From Acidimicrobiia bacterium (GTDB lineage Bacteria > Actinomycetota > Acidimicrobiia > Spongiisociales > Spongiisociaceae), in assembly GCA_041576165.1 (NCBI GenBank), contig JBFGLM010000005.1, positions 32,001-96,000 of the forward strand: a stretch of DNA of 64,000 bases, read 5' to 3'. Within the stretch, counting starts at the first letter, position 1. Each line of letters starts with the position of its first letter. Positions 19,090 to 29,322 of this stretch are shown piece after piece. Both the position numbers and the translations under genes were made by a program. The notes beneath the pieces are model-generated. The model was not told the DNA's origin. It did no database searches and worked only from the letters and a program-made list of their open reading frames with translations.

Positions 19090-19830
19090 TCACCGGTAGT
19101 CGGGGTTCATGAAGTCGAAGCGGCAGCCGGCGTCCCACAGCGAACGCTGGTTGCCGTGGGCGGGGAATCCACCGTTGTCTTTGAGCATCCGAGCCGTGTG
19201 CATCAGGTTCCACGCCATGAATGTGGTGTTGCGGTTGGTGAAGTCATTCTCGGGCCCGCCCGAGCCCGGATCGAGGTATGACGGGCCGGGCCCGGCCTCC
19301 CCCAGCCAGGCCGCGTCGGCCTGCGGTGGGATCACGTAGCCGAGGTGCTGGAGCGAGTACAGAATATTCATCGAGCAGTGTTTGGCCCCGTCCTCGTTGC
19401 CGGTGATGAGGCAGCCACCGGTTTTGCCGTAGTAGGCGTACTGTCCGGCATCGTTCAGCAAATGCGAGTTGCCGTACAGCCGCTCGATGACCTGCGTGCA
19501 CACCGAGGTCTTCTCGCCCAACCATATGGCTGAACCCAGCACGAGGATGTCGGCGGCCTGCACCCGCTCGTAGATTGCCGGCCAATCGTCCTTGTCCCAT
19601 CCGTGCTCAGTCATGTCCGGCCAGACTCCAATGGCGATATCGTGGTCCACGGCTCGGATGTTCTCGGTGGTCACGCCGTTCCGGTCCATGATGCCGATCG
19701 CGATGTCCATCAGGCCCTGCGTGTGTGACATCTCGGGGGACTTCTTCAAGGTGCAGTTGATGAACAGCGCCTGGAGGTCGCTGAAGTCCCACCGGCTGTC
19801 GGTTGCGAGTGTTTCGTGCCGTTCGTCCAT
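19090..19830 (-). CDS. Flavodoxin family / NADPH-dependent FMN reductase-like protein
   Basis: INCTLKKSPEMSHT, ADILVLGSAIWLGE, GCLITGNEDGAKH. Confidence 0.88.
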   Translation of the reverse strand: MDERHETLATDSRWDFSDLQALFINCTLKKSPEMSHTQGLMDIAIGIMDRNGVTTENIRAVDHDIAIGVWPDMTEHGWDKDDWPAIYERVQAADILVLGSAIWLGEKTSVCTQVIERLYGNSHLLNDAGQYAYYGKTGGCLITGNEDGAKHCSMNILYSLQHLGYVIPPQADAAWLGEAGPGPSYLDPGSGGPENDFTNRNTTFMAWNLMHTARMLKDNGGFPAHGNQRSLWDAGCRFDFMNPDYR

Positions 19831-19983
19831 GACTGCCTCAGCCTCCGTAGCTAGCCCGCCTAGAACCTAGAGGACCAAGCAACATGTGGCAGGTACGGCC
19901 GATTTGGGGGCAACTTTCGGCTGTAGCGGCCCCTGGGGGACACCTCGAGCCTAAGGTTCGGAAACCCTCGTACCATCCGGGGC

Positions 19984-22900
19984 ATGTCGGACCTGCGCAT
20001 CCCCGCGCGAATTGCATATCCGGCCGAGCTCCCCATCACCGAGCGGCGCCAGGATCTGCTCGCGGCCATTCGTGACCACCAGGTGGTGATCGTGGCCGGC
20101 GAAACCGGCTCCGGGAAGTCCACCCAGCTCCCGAAGCTGTGCCTGGAACTCGGCCGCGGGGTCAAGGGTCTGATCGGCCACACCCAACCTCGGCGGATCG
20201 CGGCCCGCTCGATCGCCGAACGCATCGCCGAAGAGCTCAACTCAGCAGTAGGGGATCTGGTCGGCTACACCGTCCGCTTCACCGACCGGGTAGGAGACCG
20301 CACGCTCATTCGCGTCATGACCGACGGGATCCTGCTCAACGAAATCCAGCGGAACAAACGCCTGCGACGTTACGACACGATCATCATCGACGAAGCCCAT
20401 GAACGCAGCCTCAACATCGACTTTCTGCTCGGCTACTTGAAGCAGCTGCTCCCGCGGCGCCCCGACCTCAAGCTGATCATCACCTCGGCCACGATCGACA
20501 CGGAACGCTTCGCCGGGCATTTCGACGGGGCCCCCGTGGTCGAGGTTTCGGGTCGCACCTATCCGGTCGAGGTTCGGTACCGGCCTCTGGACGATCCGAA
20601 CCGTCCGGAACCGAAGGACCAGAACCAGGGCATCGTCGACGCGGTCGAGGAGCTGTACACCGAGGGTGACGGCGACATTCTGGTGTTCTGCTCCGGCGAA
20701 CGGGAGATCCGGGACGCAGCCGAGGCGCTGACTGACACTCGGCTACCGCACACCGAGATCCTCCCGCTGTACGGACGGCTTTCGTCTGGTGCCCAGCACC
20801 GGGTGTTCTCACCGGCACGGGGCCGCCGCATCGTGGTGGCCACCAACGTGGCGGAGACGTCCCTCACCGTGCCGGGGATCCGGTATGTAGTGGACGCCGG
20901 CACTGCCCGGATCTCCCGGTACAACCGCCGTACCAAGGTGCAGCGGTTGCCGATCGAACCCATCAGCCGGGCCTCCGCCGACCAGCGGGCCGGGCGGTGC
21001 GGACGCTTGGGGCCGGGCGTCGCGATCCGCCTCTACAGCGAGGATGACTACCTGTCCCGACCCGAATTCACTGAGCCGGAGATCCTGCGGACCAACCTTG
21101 CGTCGGTCATTCTGCAGATGGCGGCGATCGGATTGGGGGAAGTCGAGTCGTTCCCATTTGTGGACGCGCCCGATACCCGTGCGATTCGCGACGGCGTGCA
21201 GTTGCTGGAGGAACTGGCGGCAGTAGAGCGGCGCCACGAGCGGACAGACCGGTGGCTGACCAGCATGGGTCGCCGGCTGGCTCGGCTGCCGCTCGATCCC
21301 CGGCTGGCGCGGATGATTGTCGAAGCCCACGACAATGATTGTCTGCGCGAGGTGTTGATCATCACCTCCGCGCTGGCGATCCAGGATCCCCGCGAGCGCC
21401 CCGTGGAGCAGCGTGAGCAGGCGGACACTTTCCACCGACGCTTCGCCCATCCGGACTCCGATTTTCTCAGCTGGCCTGCGTTGTGGGAACACGTCCAAAC
21501 TCAACAGCGGGCCTTGACGTCGGGCCAGTTCCGGCGCATGTGCCGGGACGAATACCTGCACTACCGTCGAATTCGCGAATGGCAGGACGTGCATGGACAG
21601 CTGCGCGAGGTGGCGAGGGATCTCGGTCTCCGTCGCAACCGGGAACCGGCCGACCCTCACTCCATTCACCGCAGTCTGCTGGCGGGATTGCTGTCCCACC
21701 TCGGACTGAAGGATCCAGACAGTCACGAGTATCGGGGTGCTCGGGGCGCCAGGTTCGCCCTCAGCCCCGGGTCGGTCCTCTTCAAGGCCAACCCACAGTG
21801 GGTGATGGCGGCCGAGCTGGTCGAGACAACCCGGTCGTGGGCGCATATCGTGGCGCGGATAGATCCTGCCTGGGCAGAGAAGGCGGGGGCTCATCTCGTC
21901 AAGCGATCCTATTCCGACCCGTGGTGGGATCCGGACCGGGGGGCGGCGGTCGCGCACGAAACGGTCACCCTCTACGGGTTGCCGCTGGTCGCGGCCCGAA
22001 CGGTGCTGTATCACCGGATAGATCGGGCCGCCGCTCGGCGGTTGTTCATCGAGCATGTGCTGGTGGCCGGTGAATGGGTCAGCCATCATCCGTTCGTTCA
22101 ACACAACGCGGCCATGATCAACGAAGTGCTGGCCATGGAGGCGCGCGGTCGCCGGGCGGACTTGCTCGTCGACGATGCCACGGTGGTGACGTTTTTCGAT
22201 GCGCGAATTCCGCCTGATGTTGCGTCGGTACGCGATTTCGAGAAGTGGTGGAAGGACGCCCGTCACGAGACCCCGGAGCTGCTCCAGCTCAGCCTGGGCG
22301 ATCTCATCGATCCCGCCGCCGAGCTGCTGGACGAGGACTCATTCCCGACTGTCTGGCGCTACGGGGACATCGAGCTGCCGGTGGCGTACGAGTTTGACCC
22401 GGCGAGCGAGACCGACGGCGTGACAATCGATGTACCGGTCGCCGTCCTCGAGCGGCTCGATCCGTCGACATTCGAATGGCAGGTACCGGGCCTGCGCGCC
22501 GAGCTCGTGGAATCGCTGGTCCGTTCGCTGCCCAAGAAGATCCGAAAACACCTGGTGCCGATCCCCGACACCGCCCGGGAACTAGTGGCACATCTCGACC
22601 CGGCCACGGACGGTGGCCTCGTCGAGGCGCTGCGGCGCGAGGTCACACGCCGGACCGGCATCGCGGTGCTACCCGACTCGTTTGACATGGCGAACCTGCC
22701 GCATCATCTCAAACCGCGATTTCGGGTGCTCGACGGCACCGAGCGGTGTGTGGCCGAAGGAGACGATCTAGCGGCGCTCCGCCGGGCGCTGAGAGACGAC
22801 GCTCGGGCGGCGATTGCGGAGTCCGGTCATCCCCTCGAGCGGAGCGGTCTCACCGACTGGAGTGTCGACCGGCTGCCTTCCGCTGTCGATTTGGGCACCG

Positions 22901-23706
22901 GACCGAGCGCAGCTACCGCCTTTCCGGCCCTGGTCGACGAGGGAGATTCGGTGGCGGTTCGGCTGTTCGCAACTGCTGAAGAACAGTCAATGGAGATGTG
23001 GGAGGGGCTGCGCCGTCTGCTGATCCTCCAGCTCCCGTCGCCCGCTCTGCTGCTCCGTTCACTTCTGACCAACGAGGTGAAGCTGGCACTGGCCGCCGGC
23101 CCCTACGCCTCATCGGCCGAGTGGATCGAGGATGTTCAAGCTGCCGCCGTCGGAGCCCTCATGAGGGAGAGTCGTGCTCCTGTGTGGGACAGGCCCGGGT
23201 TCGAGCGGTTGCTCCGTCGCGTGCGAGACGCTGTCGGTGACCGCATGATCGTGATCGGGCGCACCGCGGCGCAAGCCCTGATCGTTCTCCAGGATGTTCT
23301 CACGTCTCTCGACGGAGCGCTGGGATCTGCGTTCCCAGAGGCGGCGGACGACATCCGCGGCCAGCTGGACCGGTTCATCTATCCGGGTTTCGTGAGTGGC
23401 GTTGGCGCCGGGCGGCTCGAAGACGTTGTGCGTTATCTGCGGGCGATCGCGCGCAGGCTCCAGCGTCTGCCCGACGATCCCGGCAGGGACCGCGCCCTGA
23501 TGGCCCGGGTTCAGACGCTCGAGGAGCGGCATGACGAACTGATGGACCAATTGCCGTGGTCGAGCGAGATGATCGAGATCGGCTGGTTACTGCAGGAACT
23601 CAGGGTGAGCCTCTTCGCCCAACATCTCGGTGTGAAGGGACCGGTGAGCGAGAAGCGGGTGGGCCAAGCCCTCGATCGCCTGGTCGGTCTCGAGTTGCCA
23701 CGATGA
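19984..23706 (+). CDS. hrpA: ATP-dependent RNA helicase HrpA
   Basis: GETGSGKST, TQPRRIAA, DEAHERS, SAT, QRAGRCGR, C-terminal ELRVSLFAQ. Confidence 0.97.
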   Translation: MSDLRIPARIAYPAELPITERRQDLLAAIRDHQVVIVAGETGSGKSTQLPKLCLELGRGVKGLIGHTQPRRIAARSIAERIAEELNSAVGDLVGYTVRFTDRVGDRTLIRVMTDGILLNEIQRNKRLRRYDTIIIDEAHERSLNIDFLLGYLKQLLPRRPDLKLIITSATIDTERFAGHFDGAPVVEVSGRTYPVEVRYRPLDDPNRPEPKDQNQGIVDAVEELYTEGDGDILVFCSGEREIRDAAEALTDTRLPHTEILPLYGRLSSGAQHRVFSPARGRRIVVATNVAETSLTVPGIRYVVDAGTARISRYNRRTKVQRLPIEPISRASADQRAGRCGRLGPGVAIRLYSEDDYLSRPEFTEPEILRTNLASVILQMAAIGLGEVESFPFVDAPDTRAIRDGVQLLEELAAVERRHERTDRWLTSMGRRLARLPLDPRLARMIVEAHDNDCLREVLIITSALAIQDPRERPVEQREQADTFHRRFAHPDSDFLSWPALWEHVQTQQRALTSGQFRRMCRDEYLHYRRIREWQDVHGQLREVARDLGLRRNREPADPHSIHRSLLAGLLSHLGLKDPDSHEYRGARGARFALSPGSVLFKANPQWVMAAELVETTRSWAHIVARIDPAWAEKAGAHLVKRSYSDPWWDPDRGAAVAHETVTLYGLPLVAARTVLYHRIDRAAARRLFIEHVLVAGEWVSHHPFVQHNAAMINEVLAMEARGRRADLLVDDATVVTFFDARIPPDVASVRDFEKWWKDARHETPELLQLSLGDLIDPAAELLDEDSFPTVWRYGDIELPVAYEFDPASETDGVTIDVPVAVLERLDPSTFEWQVPGLRAELVESLVRSLPKKIRKHLVPIPDTARELVAHLDPATDGGLVEALRREVTRRTGIAVLPDSFDMANLPHHLKPRFRVLDGTERCVAEGDDLAALRRALRDDARAAIAESGHPLERSGLTDWSVDRLPSAVDLGTGPSAATAFPALVDEGDSVAVRLFATAEEQSMEMWEGLRRLLILQLPSPALLLRSLLTNEVKLALAAGPYASSAEWIEDVQAAAVGALMRESRAPVWDRPGFERLLRRVRDAVGDRMIVIGRTAAQALIVLQDVLTSLDGALGSAFPEAADDIRGQLDRFIYPGFVSGVGAGRLEDVVRYLRAIARRLQRLPDDPGRDRALMARVQTLEERHDELMDQLPWSSEMIEIGWLLQELRVSLFAQHLGVKGPVSEKRVGQALDRLVGLELPR

Positions 23707-23750
23707 CCGTCAGGACCGCGACGGGCGTGGACGCGGCCACGATGCGGCGC

Positions 23751-24479
23751 CTACTCCAGGAGACGTTTCCGCAACCGGTCGATATCGCCGGGCAATGCAC
23801 CGGACTCCAAGAGCATCTGCTCGAGTGAGCCGAACTGGGTGCGGAGACCGAGCAACGTCAAACGCATCGCCTCGGGGGCGGGGCGATAGGCCGCGACGCT
23901 CGGTGCCGCCTGCAGCTCGGGGTGGTCGGGGAGGTGGCGGGCGAACCACTCACCGGTGGCGGCAAAGTCCCGCACGACGGTCTCATCGCCCACCCCCACG
24001 AGGCTCTGAATGATCGCCGCAACCAGGCCGGTGCGGTCCTTGCCCGACCAGCAGTGCACGACGGTCGGTCCCAGGGCTGGGTCCGCCAGCAGCTGCACCA
24101 GCTCGGCCAGGCGGTATCGGCCTTGCTGCAGCGTGCTTGCCACGTAACGGCGGGCGAGTTCGGGCGGCTGCCAGCTCTCATCGGTCGCCACCGCGCCGAG
24201 TGGCCGGGGCCGTAGTGCGGAGAAATAGGGGATGTGAAACTGGCGCAGTCCCTGCTGCCATTGGGAGAGCTCGGACTGCCCGGCCTTGTCTCGTTCTGCG
24301 TCGGTGCGCAGATCAACCACGGTTCGGACGCCCAGCTTCTCCACCAGACGCAGTGCATGAGCCTGATCGAGATGATCCAGGCGGCCCGACCGGTAGATGA
24401 GCCCTGCCCGCATTACCGAACCGTCGACCGTCACATGGCCGCCCATGTCACGGAAGTTGATCAAACCTCGGTAGGTCAG
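23751..24479 (-). CDS. Tyrosine-protein phosphatase (Y_phosphatase3 family); start uncertain
   Basis: NFRDMGG, YRSG, VVDLRT, P-loop HCWSGKDRTG. Confidence 0.85.
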   Translation of the reverse strand: MTYRGLINFRDMGGHVTVDGSVMRAGLIYRSGRLDHLDQAHALRLVEKLGVRTVVDLRTDAERDKAGQSELSQWQQGLRQFHIPYFSALRPRPLGAVATDESWQPPELARRYVASTLQQGRYRLAELVQLLADPALGPTVVHCWSGKDRTGLVAAIIQSLVGVGDETVVRDFAATGEWFARHLPDHPELQAAPSVAAYRPAPEAMRLTLLGLRTQFGSLEQMLLESGALPGDIDRLRKRLLE

Positions 24480-24584
24480 CGGCGGCTCCTTCCACGTTCT
24501 GGACTCTACCGCCGGCTGAAACCGGCGCCACTGCGGGTCGATCCCCGGTACACTGGCGACACGCCAGAGGCCGAGGAGCATGCG

Positions 24585-25007
24585 ATGGTGATGTTGCACG
24601 AGACGACCGACACGACGGCGACCACTCGTGTCCGGCCCCGATGGCGGACTTTCTCCGATGCCTCCGGGCGGATGACCCTCGGCTCTACGCTGGCGCTCGT
24701 TGCGTTGTGGGTAGCTGCAATCGGCATCCTCGAGGCGATTGCTCCGACGCCGGATCCCGATGCAGTGCTGTCGACTTGGGACCTGACGCTTTCGCTCGTC
24801 TATACGTTCGCGATCATGGGTGCGGCGATCGGGCTGCTCATGCGAACCCGGTTCGGCGCGATGGCGAGCGTGGCCGGTGGCGCGGTCATGGTGACGGGCA
24901 GCCTGTGGTGTTGGGCTGGCGGCCACATCGGCTCCTGGATCACGGTGCAGTTCGTGGCCGGGCTGGCCCTGGCGGGGCTCTCGACCATCTTCCTGCAACG
25001 GTCCTGA
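24585..25007 (+). CDS. Small membrane protein (~4 TM)
   Basis: GAGGAG upstream of ATG; four hydrophobic segments. Confidence 0.75.
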   Translation: MVMLHETTDTTATTRVRPRWRTFSDASGRMTLGSTLALVALWVAAIGILEAIAPTPDPDAVLSTWDLTLSLVYTFAIMGAAIGLLMRTRFGAMASVAGGAVMVTGSLWCWAGGHIGSWITVQFVAGLALAGLSTIFLQRS

Positions 25008-25101
25008 CAACCGGTTTCGTTGAGACGGGCGGCCGCCGGTCGCCCGTCTTGTGTGTTCAGCCCGCGGTTCGAGTGCTCGAGATCAGCGGTAACCTTGCCA
25101 T

Positions 25102-26112
25102 ATGACGGAATTGGTGCGCGACACCCTCGGGCGGCCGTTGCGGGATCTCCGAATCTCGGTCACCGACCGCTGCAACTTTCGCTGCAGCTACTGCATGCCA
25201 GCGGAGATCTTCAACCGTGAATACGAGTTTCTGAAGCGCGATCTGCTGCTCAGTTTTGAAGAGATCACTCGCGTCGCGAGAGCCTTCGTCTCCCACGGTG
25301 TCACCAAGATCCGTCTCACGGGCGGCGAACCACTCATGCGCCGGGGCATCGAGAACCTGATCGAGATGCTCGCCGTGATCGAAGGCCTCGACCTGACACT
25401 CACTACGAACGGTTCGCTGCTGGCACGCAAAGCACCGGCCCTGGCGGCCGCCGGGCTCAAACGGGTGACGGTCAGCCTCGACTCGATGGACGACGAGGTA
25501 TTCATGGCGATGAACGACGTCGGGTTCCCGGTGGCCGACGTGTTGGCCGGTATCGACGCCGCGGCCGAGGCCGGGATCGGGCCGATCAAGATCAACGCCG
25601 TCGTCAAACGAGGCGTAAACGATCACACCGTCGTGGACATGGCTCGCCATTTCAAAGGGACCGGGTACATCCTGCGTTTCATCGAGTACATGGATGTGGG
25701 AGTTACCAACGGCTGGCGGCTGGACGATGTGGTGCCGGCGGCTCAGGTCGTCGAGGCGATCAACCGCGAGCTGCCGCTCGAACCAGTGGAACCCAACTAC
25801 CACGGCGAGGTGGCCCGGCGGTGGAGGTACACCGACGGCAGCGGTGAAATCGGTGTCATCGCATCAGTCACCCAGCCGTTCTGCGGCGACTGCACCCGCG
25901 CGCGGATTTCTGCCGAGGGCACCCTCTATACCTGCCTGTTTGCGTCGCGCGGCGTCGACCTCCGCGACGCGTTGCGGTCCGGCGCCAGCGACGTCGACTT
26001 AGCGGAACTCGTCGGATGCGTGTGGGCGGCACGAACCGATCGCTACTCGGAGATCCGCTCGGAGCAAACGATCGGAATGCCGAAAGTAGAGATGAGCTAC
26101 ATCGGGGGGTAG
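25102..26112 (+). CDS. moaA: GTP 3',8-cyclase MoaA
   Basis: [40 protein letters not shown]-terminal MSYIGG. Confidence 0.97.
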   Translation: MTELVRDTLGRPLRDLRISVTDRCNFRCSYCMPAEIFNREYEFLKRDLLLSFEEITRVARAFVSHGVTKIRLTGGEPLMRRGIENLIEMLAVIEGLDLTLTTNGSLLARKAPALAAAGLKRVTVSLDSMDDEVFMAMNDVGFPVADVLAGIDAAAEAGIGPIKINAVVKRGVNDHTVVDMARHFKGTGYILRFIEYMDVGVTNGWRLDDVVPAAQVVEAINRELPLEPVEPNYHGEVARRWRYTDGSGEIGVIASVTQPFCGDCTRARISAEGTLYTCLFASRGVDLRDALRSGASDVDLAELVGCVWAARTDRYSEIRSEQTIGMPKVEMSYIGG

Positions 26113-26114
26113 CG

Positions 26115-26390
26115 CCGGTTGGAGGTCCCGGATCGGCGAAAACGCGATCAGGTGCGCTTCACGTTCCGCGAGGATTCCGCCGGAACATCCAGCGCGGCGT
26201 GGATCGCCGCCCGGCGTTCGGAGTTGCACCAACCGCAGCCACACCCAAACTGGCCGTACTGGCCCGACTCGCCGACCAGAAAAGCTGGCGGATCGTCCTG
26301 GTGGGGGACCCGCGCCCGTTCGCGGCGGTGCAACGAGGCGGCATGTTCGCCCACCTCGTCGAAATGTATGGCGGCGTCGAACTCGACCGG
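26115..26390 (+). pseudogene. Remnant of a MobF/TrwC relaxase-helicase (RecD-like AAA_30) domain
   Basis: Degenerate Walker [52 protein letters not shown]; no start codon; internal deletion. Confidence 0.65.
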
Positions 26391-26901
26391 AGGACGAGAC
26401 AGCAACCACGCCGACGCCGTCGTTCGCTCCGCCGACTGCACGTCATCCGTGCCGTCAGGTCGTGCGTCGTGCTCGCTTACGCTTGGCCAAGTCTTGTTCG
26501 CTTGGCTTTCTGTACTCGATACATTCGCACTTCGGGACCGAGCAGCCGAAGTCGGGAAATCGATGCTCGTTGCGGGGGTGCCCGCATTCCAGGCAGCGTT
26601 GTCGTCTGCCATCGATCGGCGGGGTGGCTTCAGACTTCAAAGTGCATCACCAGCCGGGTTTGTCCGCTCGGGTCCGGCGGCGTGGAGGCGCCGGGGATCA
26701 CTCATCGCCGTCGGGACGGCGCCTGTGGCGACGGTCCTTGCCGTTCTCCTTCTTCACCGGACGTCCGATGTTGTGGGCGTGGGCGAGATGGATGGCCATC
26801 TCGTCGCTCCGCGCTTGCATCGAACAGCGGGGCGAGCGGCCCAAAGAGGTCCACAGGCCGAGCCTCGTCGGTTGCCGTTCGCTGTTCGGTTTCGGCGGTC
26901 A

Positions 26902-27156
26902 TCAGGACCTGGTGGGGCGGGGTCGAGCCTTGTTGACCGTGAGGCGCCGACCGTTGATTTCGTGACCGTCGAGCTGTCCGACGGCCTTGCCGGCGAGCGC
27001 CTCGTCGGCGAGCTCGACGAAGCCGAACCCGCGTGAGCGACCTGTGTCACGGTCGGTGATCACCGAGGCCGAGGCGATCGTCCCGTAGTCGGCGAACAGA
27101 GCGCGCAGGTCCCCTTCGGTTGCGTCGAACGGGAGGTTTCCTACGTAGATGTTCAT
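26902..27156 (-). CDS. RRM-domain RNA-binding protein (84 aa)
   Basis: RNP2 IYVGNL, DRDTGRS, RNP1 RGFGFVEL, LTVNKARP. Confidence 0.95.
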   Translation of the reverse strand: MNIYVGNLPFDATEGDLRALFADYGTIASASVITDRDTGRSRGFGFVELADEALAGKAVGQLDGHEINGRRLTVNKARPRPTRS

Positions 27157-27297
27157 GGCGACTGCCTCTCTGCAGCACGAAGAGCGGTCCTGCTCCTCTG
27201 GGTCAGTTGTTCCGGTACCGACTCTGCTGCAGTCCGGTCCGTGAACGAGGAGAGAGTGTGAGTCGCCGCCGAAGCAGCTGAAGCCAGCGTACCAGGT
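27119..27297 (-). repeat. Copy 1 of a ~175-bp diverged direct repeat (promoter, leader and start of the RRM gene)
   Basis: 37-bp identical core at 27207-27243 and 28277-28313; flanking similarity runs from TACGCT through ATG...CCGTTCGACGCAAC. Confidence 0.9.
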
Positions 27298-27413
27298 ATT
27301 GCGTCGACCGAATCGCTCAGGCCGCTGCTGCGCTGTCGAGCACCTCACGAGCATCGCAGTCGACACCGGGTAGTGGTCGAGGCCGAGGCACATTGGCCGC
27401 ACTGTGCGACGGG

Positions 27414-28229
27414 TCATGGCTTCCCGCTGACTGTCCAGGCCCGAGCGGAAAGGCGGATCGATCCATCGTGGGACAGTGGGATGGTCGATCTGAGGTGTGC
27501 TTCGAGGCGGGCTCGTTGCGAATCGCCGAGGGTGGCGACGTAGCCTGGCGCCGGTCCCTGCCCGGCCAGGAACGGGGTCCAGTAGTCGTTGAAACCGGTG
27601 AAGCGGGTGTCGACGGTCAGCTCTCCTGTATGTACGGCCGACAAGCCTGCCCGGCCAAAGAGGTCGGCCAGGCGCTCGGGACGACAGATGGGGAACCGGA
27701 CACCCTCGTCGAGGCTGCTTGCTGCTGGGTCCAACGCGACAGCGGCATCCCAGAAGTACCTCAGGAACTCCGTTCCGTCGGCGTAGTCCCAGACATAGGC
27801 GGCGATCGACCCACCAGGGCGAAGCACGCGCTTCCATTCCACAACGGCTGCCAGAGGATCGGGGATGAAGTTGAGGACGAGTCCGCTGGTGACCACGTCG
27901 AACGTGGCGTCACCAAAGGGCAGCTCTTCGCCGCCGGCAACCCGGACGTCTGCCTGCTCCCCGAGCCGGGCGCTGGCGACCTCAACGAACTCCTCGGACG
28001 GGTCCACACCGACGGCCTCCTCGGGAGAGCACACGTTGGTGACCGCGTGAAGCAGCGCCCCGGTACCACACCCTATGTCCAGCCAGCGAAGGCCCCCAGG
28101 AACGCTCATCGCTCGAACGAACCTGTCGGCGATCAGTCGACTCCATCGACCCATGAACGCTTCGTATGCGCCACCGCCGTCCCAGCGATCCGTTGCGTCG
28201 AATGGGTGCTTTCCGTCGTTGATCGTCAT
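27414..28229 (-). CDS. Class I SAM-dependent methyltransferase
   Basis: YEAFMGRWS, WLDIGCGTG, GVDPS, LPFGDATFDVV, RVLRPGG..AYVWDY. Confidence 0.92.
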   Translation of the reverse strand: MTINDGKHPFDATDRWDGGGAYEAFMGRWSRLIADRFVRAMSVPGGLRWLDIGCGTGALLHAVTNVCSPEEAVGVDPSEEFVEVASARLGEQADVRVAGGEELPFGDATFDVVTSGLVLNFIPDPLAAVVEWKRVLRPGGSIAAYVWDYADGTEFLRYFWDAAVALDPAASSLDEGVRFPICRPERLADLFGRAGLSAVHTGELTVDTRFTGFNDYWTPFLAGQGPAPGYVATLGDSQRARLEAHLRSTIPLSHDGSIRLSARAWTVSGKP

Positions 28230-28367
28230 TGCGACCCGCCTCCCTGAGCGAGGAGCAGTCCCGCTCTCTGGTTCGTTTGTTCCGGTACCGACTCTGCTGC
28301 AGTCCGGTCCGTGGACGAGGAGTGAGTGTGAGCCGCCGCTGAAGGGGCCGACGCCAGCGTACCGGGT
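28192..28367 (-). repeat. Copy 2 of the ~175-bp direct repeat, upstream of and into the methyltransferase
   Basis: Core offset 1070 bp from copy 1; same TACGCT hexamer and leader. Confidence 0.9.
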
Positions 28368-28417
28368 GACGCTGCGGAGCCGGCCGGCTTCATTCGGGTG
28401 GGGAAACTGCCCCACCA

Positions 28418-29060
28418 TCAGATCCCCGGCAACCGCTCCGATGGGATGGGCGGGATTGGAGGTGATGACTCCTGCGACGAAATGATGTTCGAGGTGTGAT
28501 AGGCGGCATGGCCTTCTGGCTCTTCGACCAGGGTGTAGCCGATGCGCCCATGCCGGAGGTCCTTGATGCTACGGCTGCGGGTGTCGAGGAAACGGCGAGG
28601 GCCCGCGCTGGGGCGTGACTTTGCGGGCCCACGCCGCAGCGTTGACGAGCTTCTCCAGCGGTGCACCGCGGTGTGGCGATCCGATGGTGACGACGTCGCT
28701 CGCAGCTTCGATCCAGCAGTGCCCGGCTCGGCCCGGCGGCTGCACAGGCGCATCTGATCGACCAGGCCACCCATCGAGTGGCCGACGAGCGCTACGGACC
28801 GGGCCCGTTGTGGCCAGCGGGCGTGGACCGCCTCGAGGAGCGAGGCGAGTCGTGCCCGATTGGTCTCGACCGAATGTCCTGTGTTGTAGCGGACCGCAAC
28901 CGGCGTGAGCACAGGATCGTCCTCGAGTGCGCGCATGAGCCGCCACCCGTTAGTTCCGATCCGGTTCGCCCACCCGGCCCGACGAGCCGCTATTGACGAA
29001 CACCACGGACGTCTGGGCGCGGCATGACAACGGGGGATCGCGATCCTGAACCCCAAACCC
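28418..29060 (-). pseudogene. Frameshifted alpha/beta-hydrolase (PGAP1/lipase-like); boundaries approximate
   Basis: RYNTG and LVGHSMGGLV in one frame, VVTIGSPHRGAPLEK in another, then RSRSIKDLRHG. Confidence 0.75.
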
Positions 29061-29322
29061 AGAGAGGGTCGCGAGCGCAATGCAGAGAACGCCGCACGCC
29101 AGCCAACCCGCACGGATCACTTATGGTCGGCGGGCGCGAAACCCAGTGAAACGCAATGACGGTTTCACGGTCAGTTTCGTGACGACGCACACCTCCCGAG
29201 CACCGCAGCACTGTTGATCTGTCGTAACTGGTGACCGTTGCCCCTGGCCCCGGTCGTGTCCGAGGATCATTCTTCAAGGAGCGACGTATTGGCGTCGAAC
29301 CGCGCGCCGTCAGGAGGATGTG

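Noticed and set aside
27207-28313. 37-bp identical repeats as a CRISPR array or att sites
   Set aside because: Only two copies 1070 bp apart, embedded in a longer diverged duplication; no cas or integrase gene
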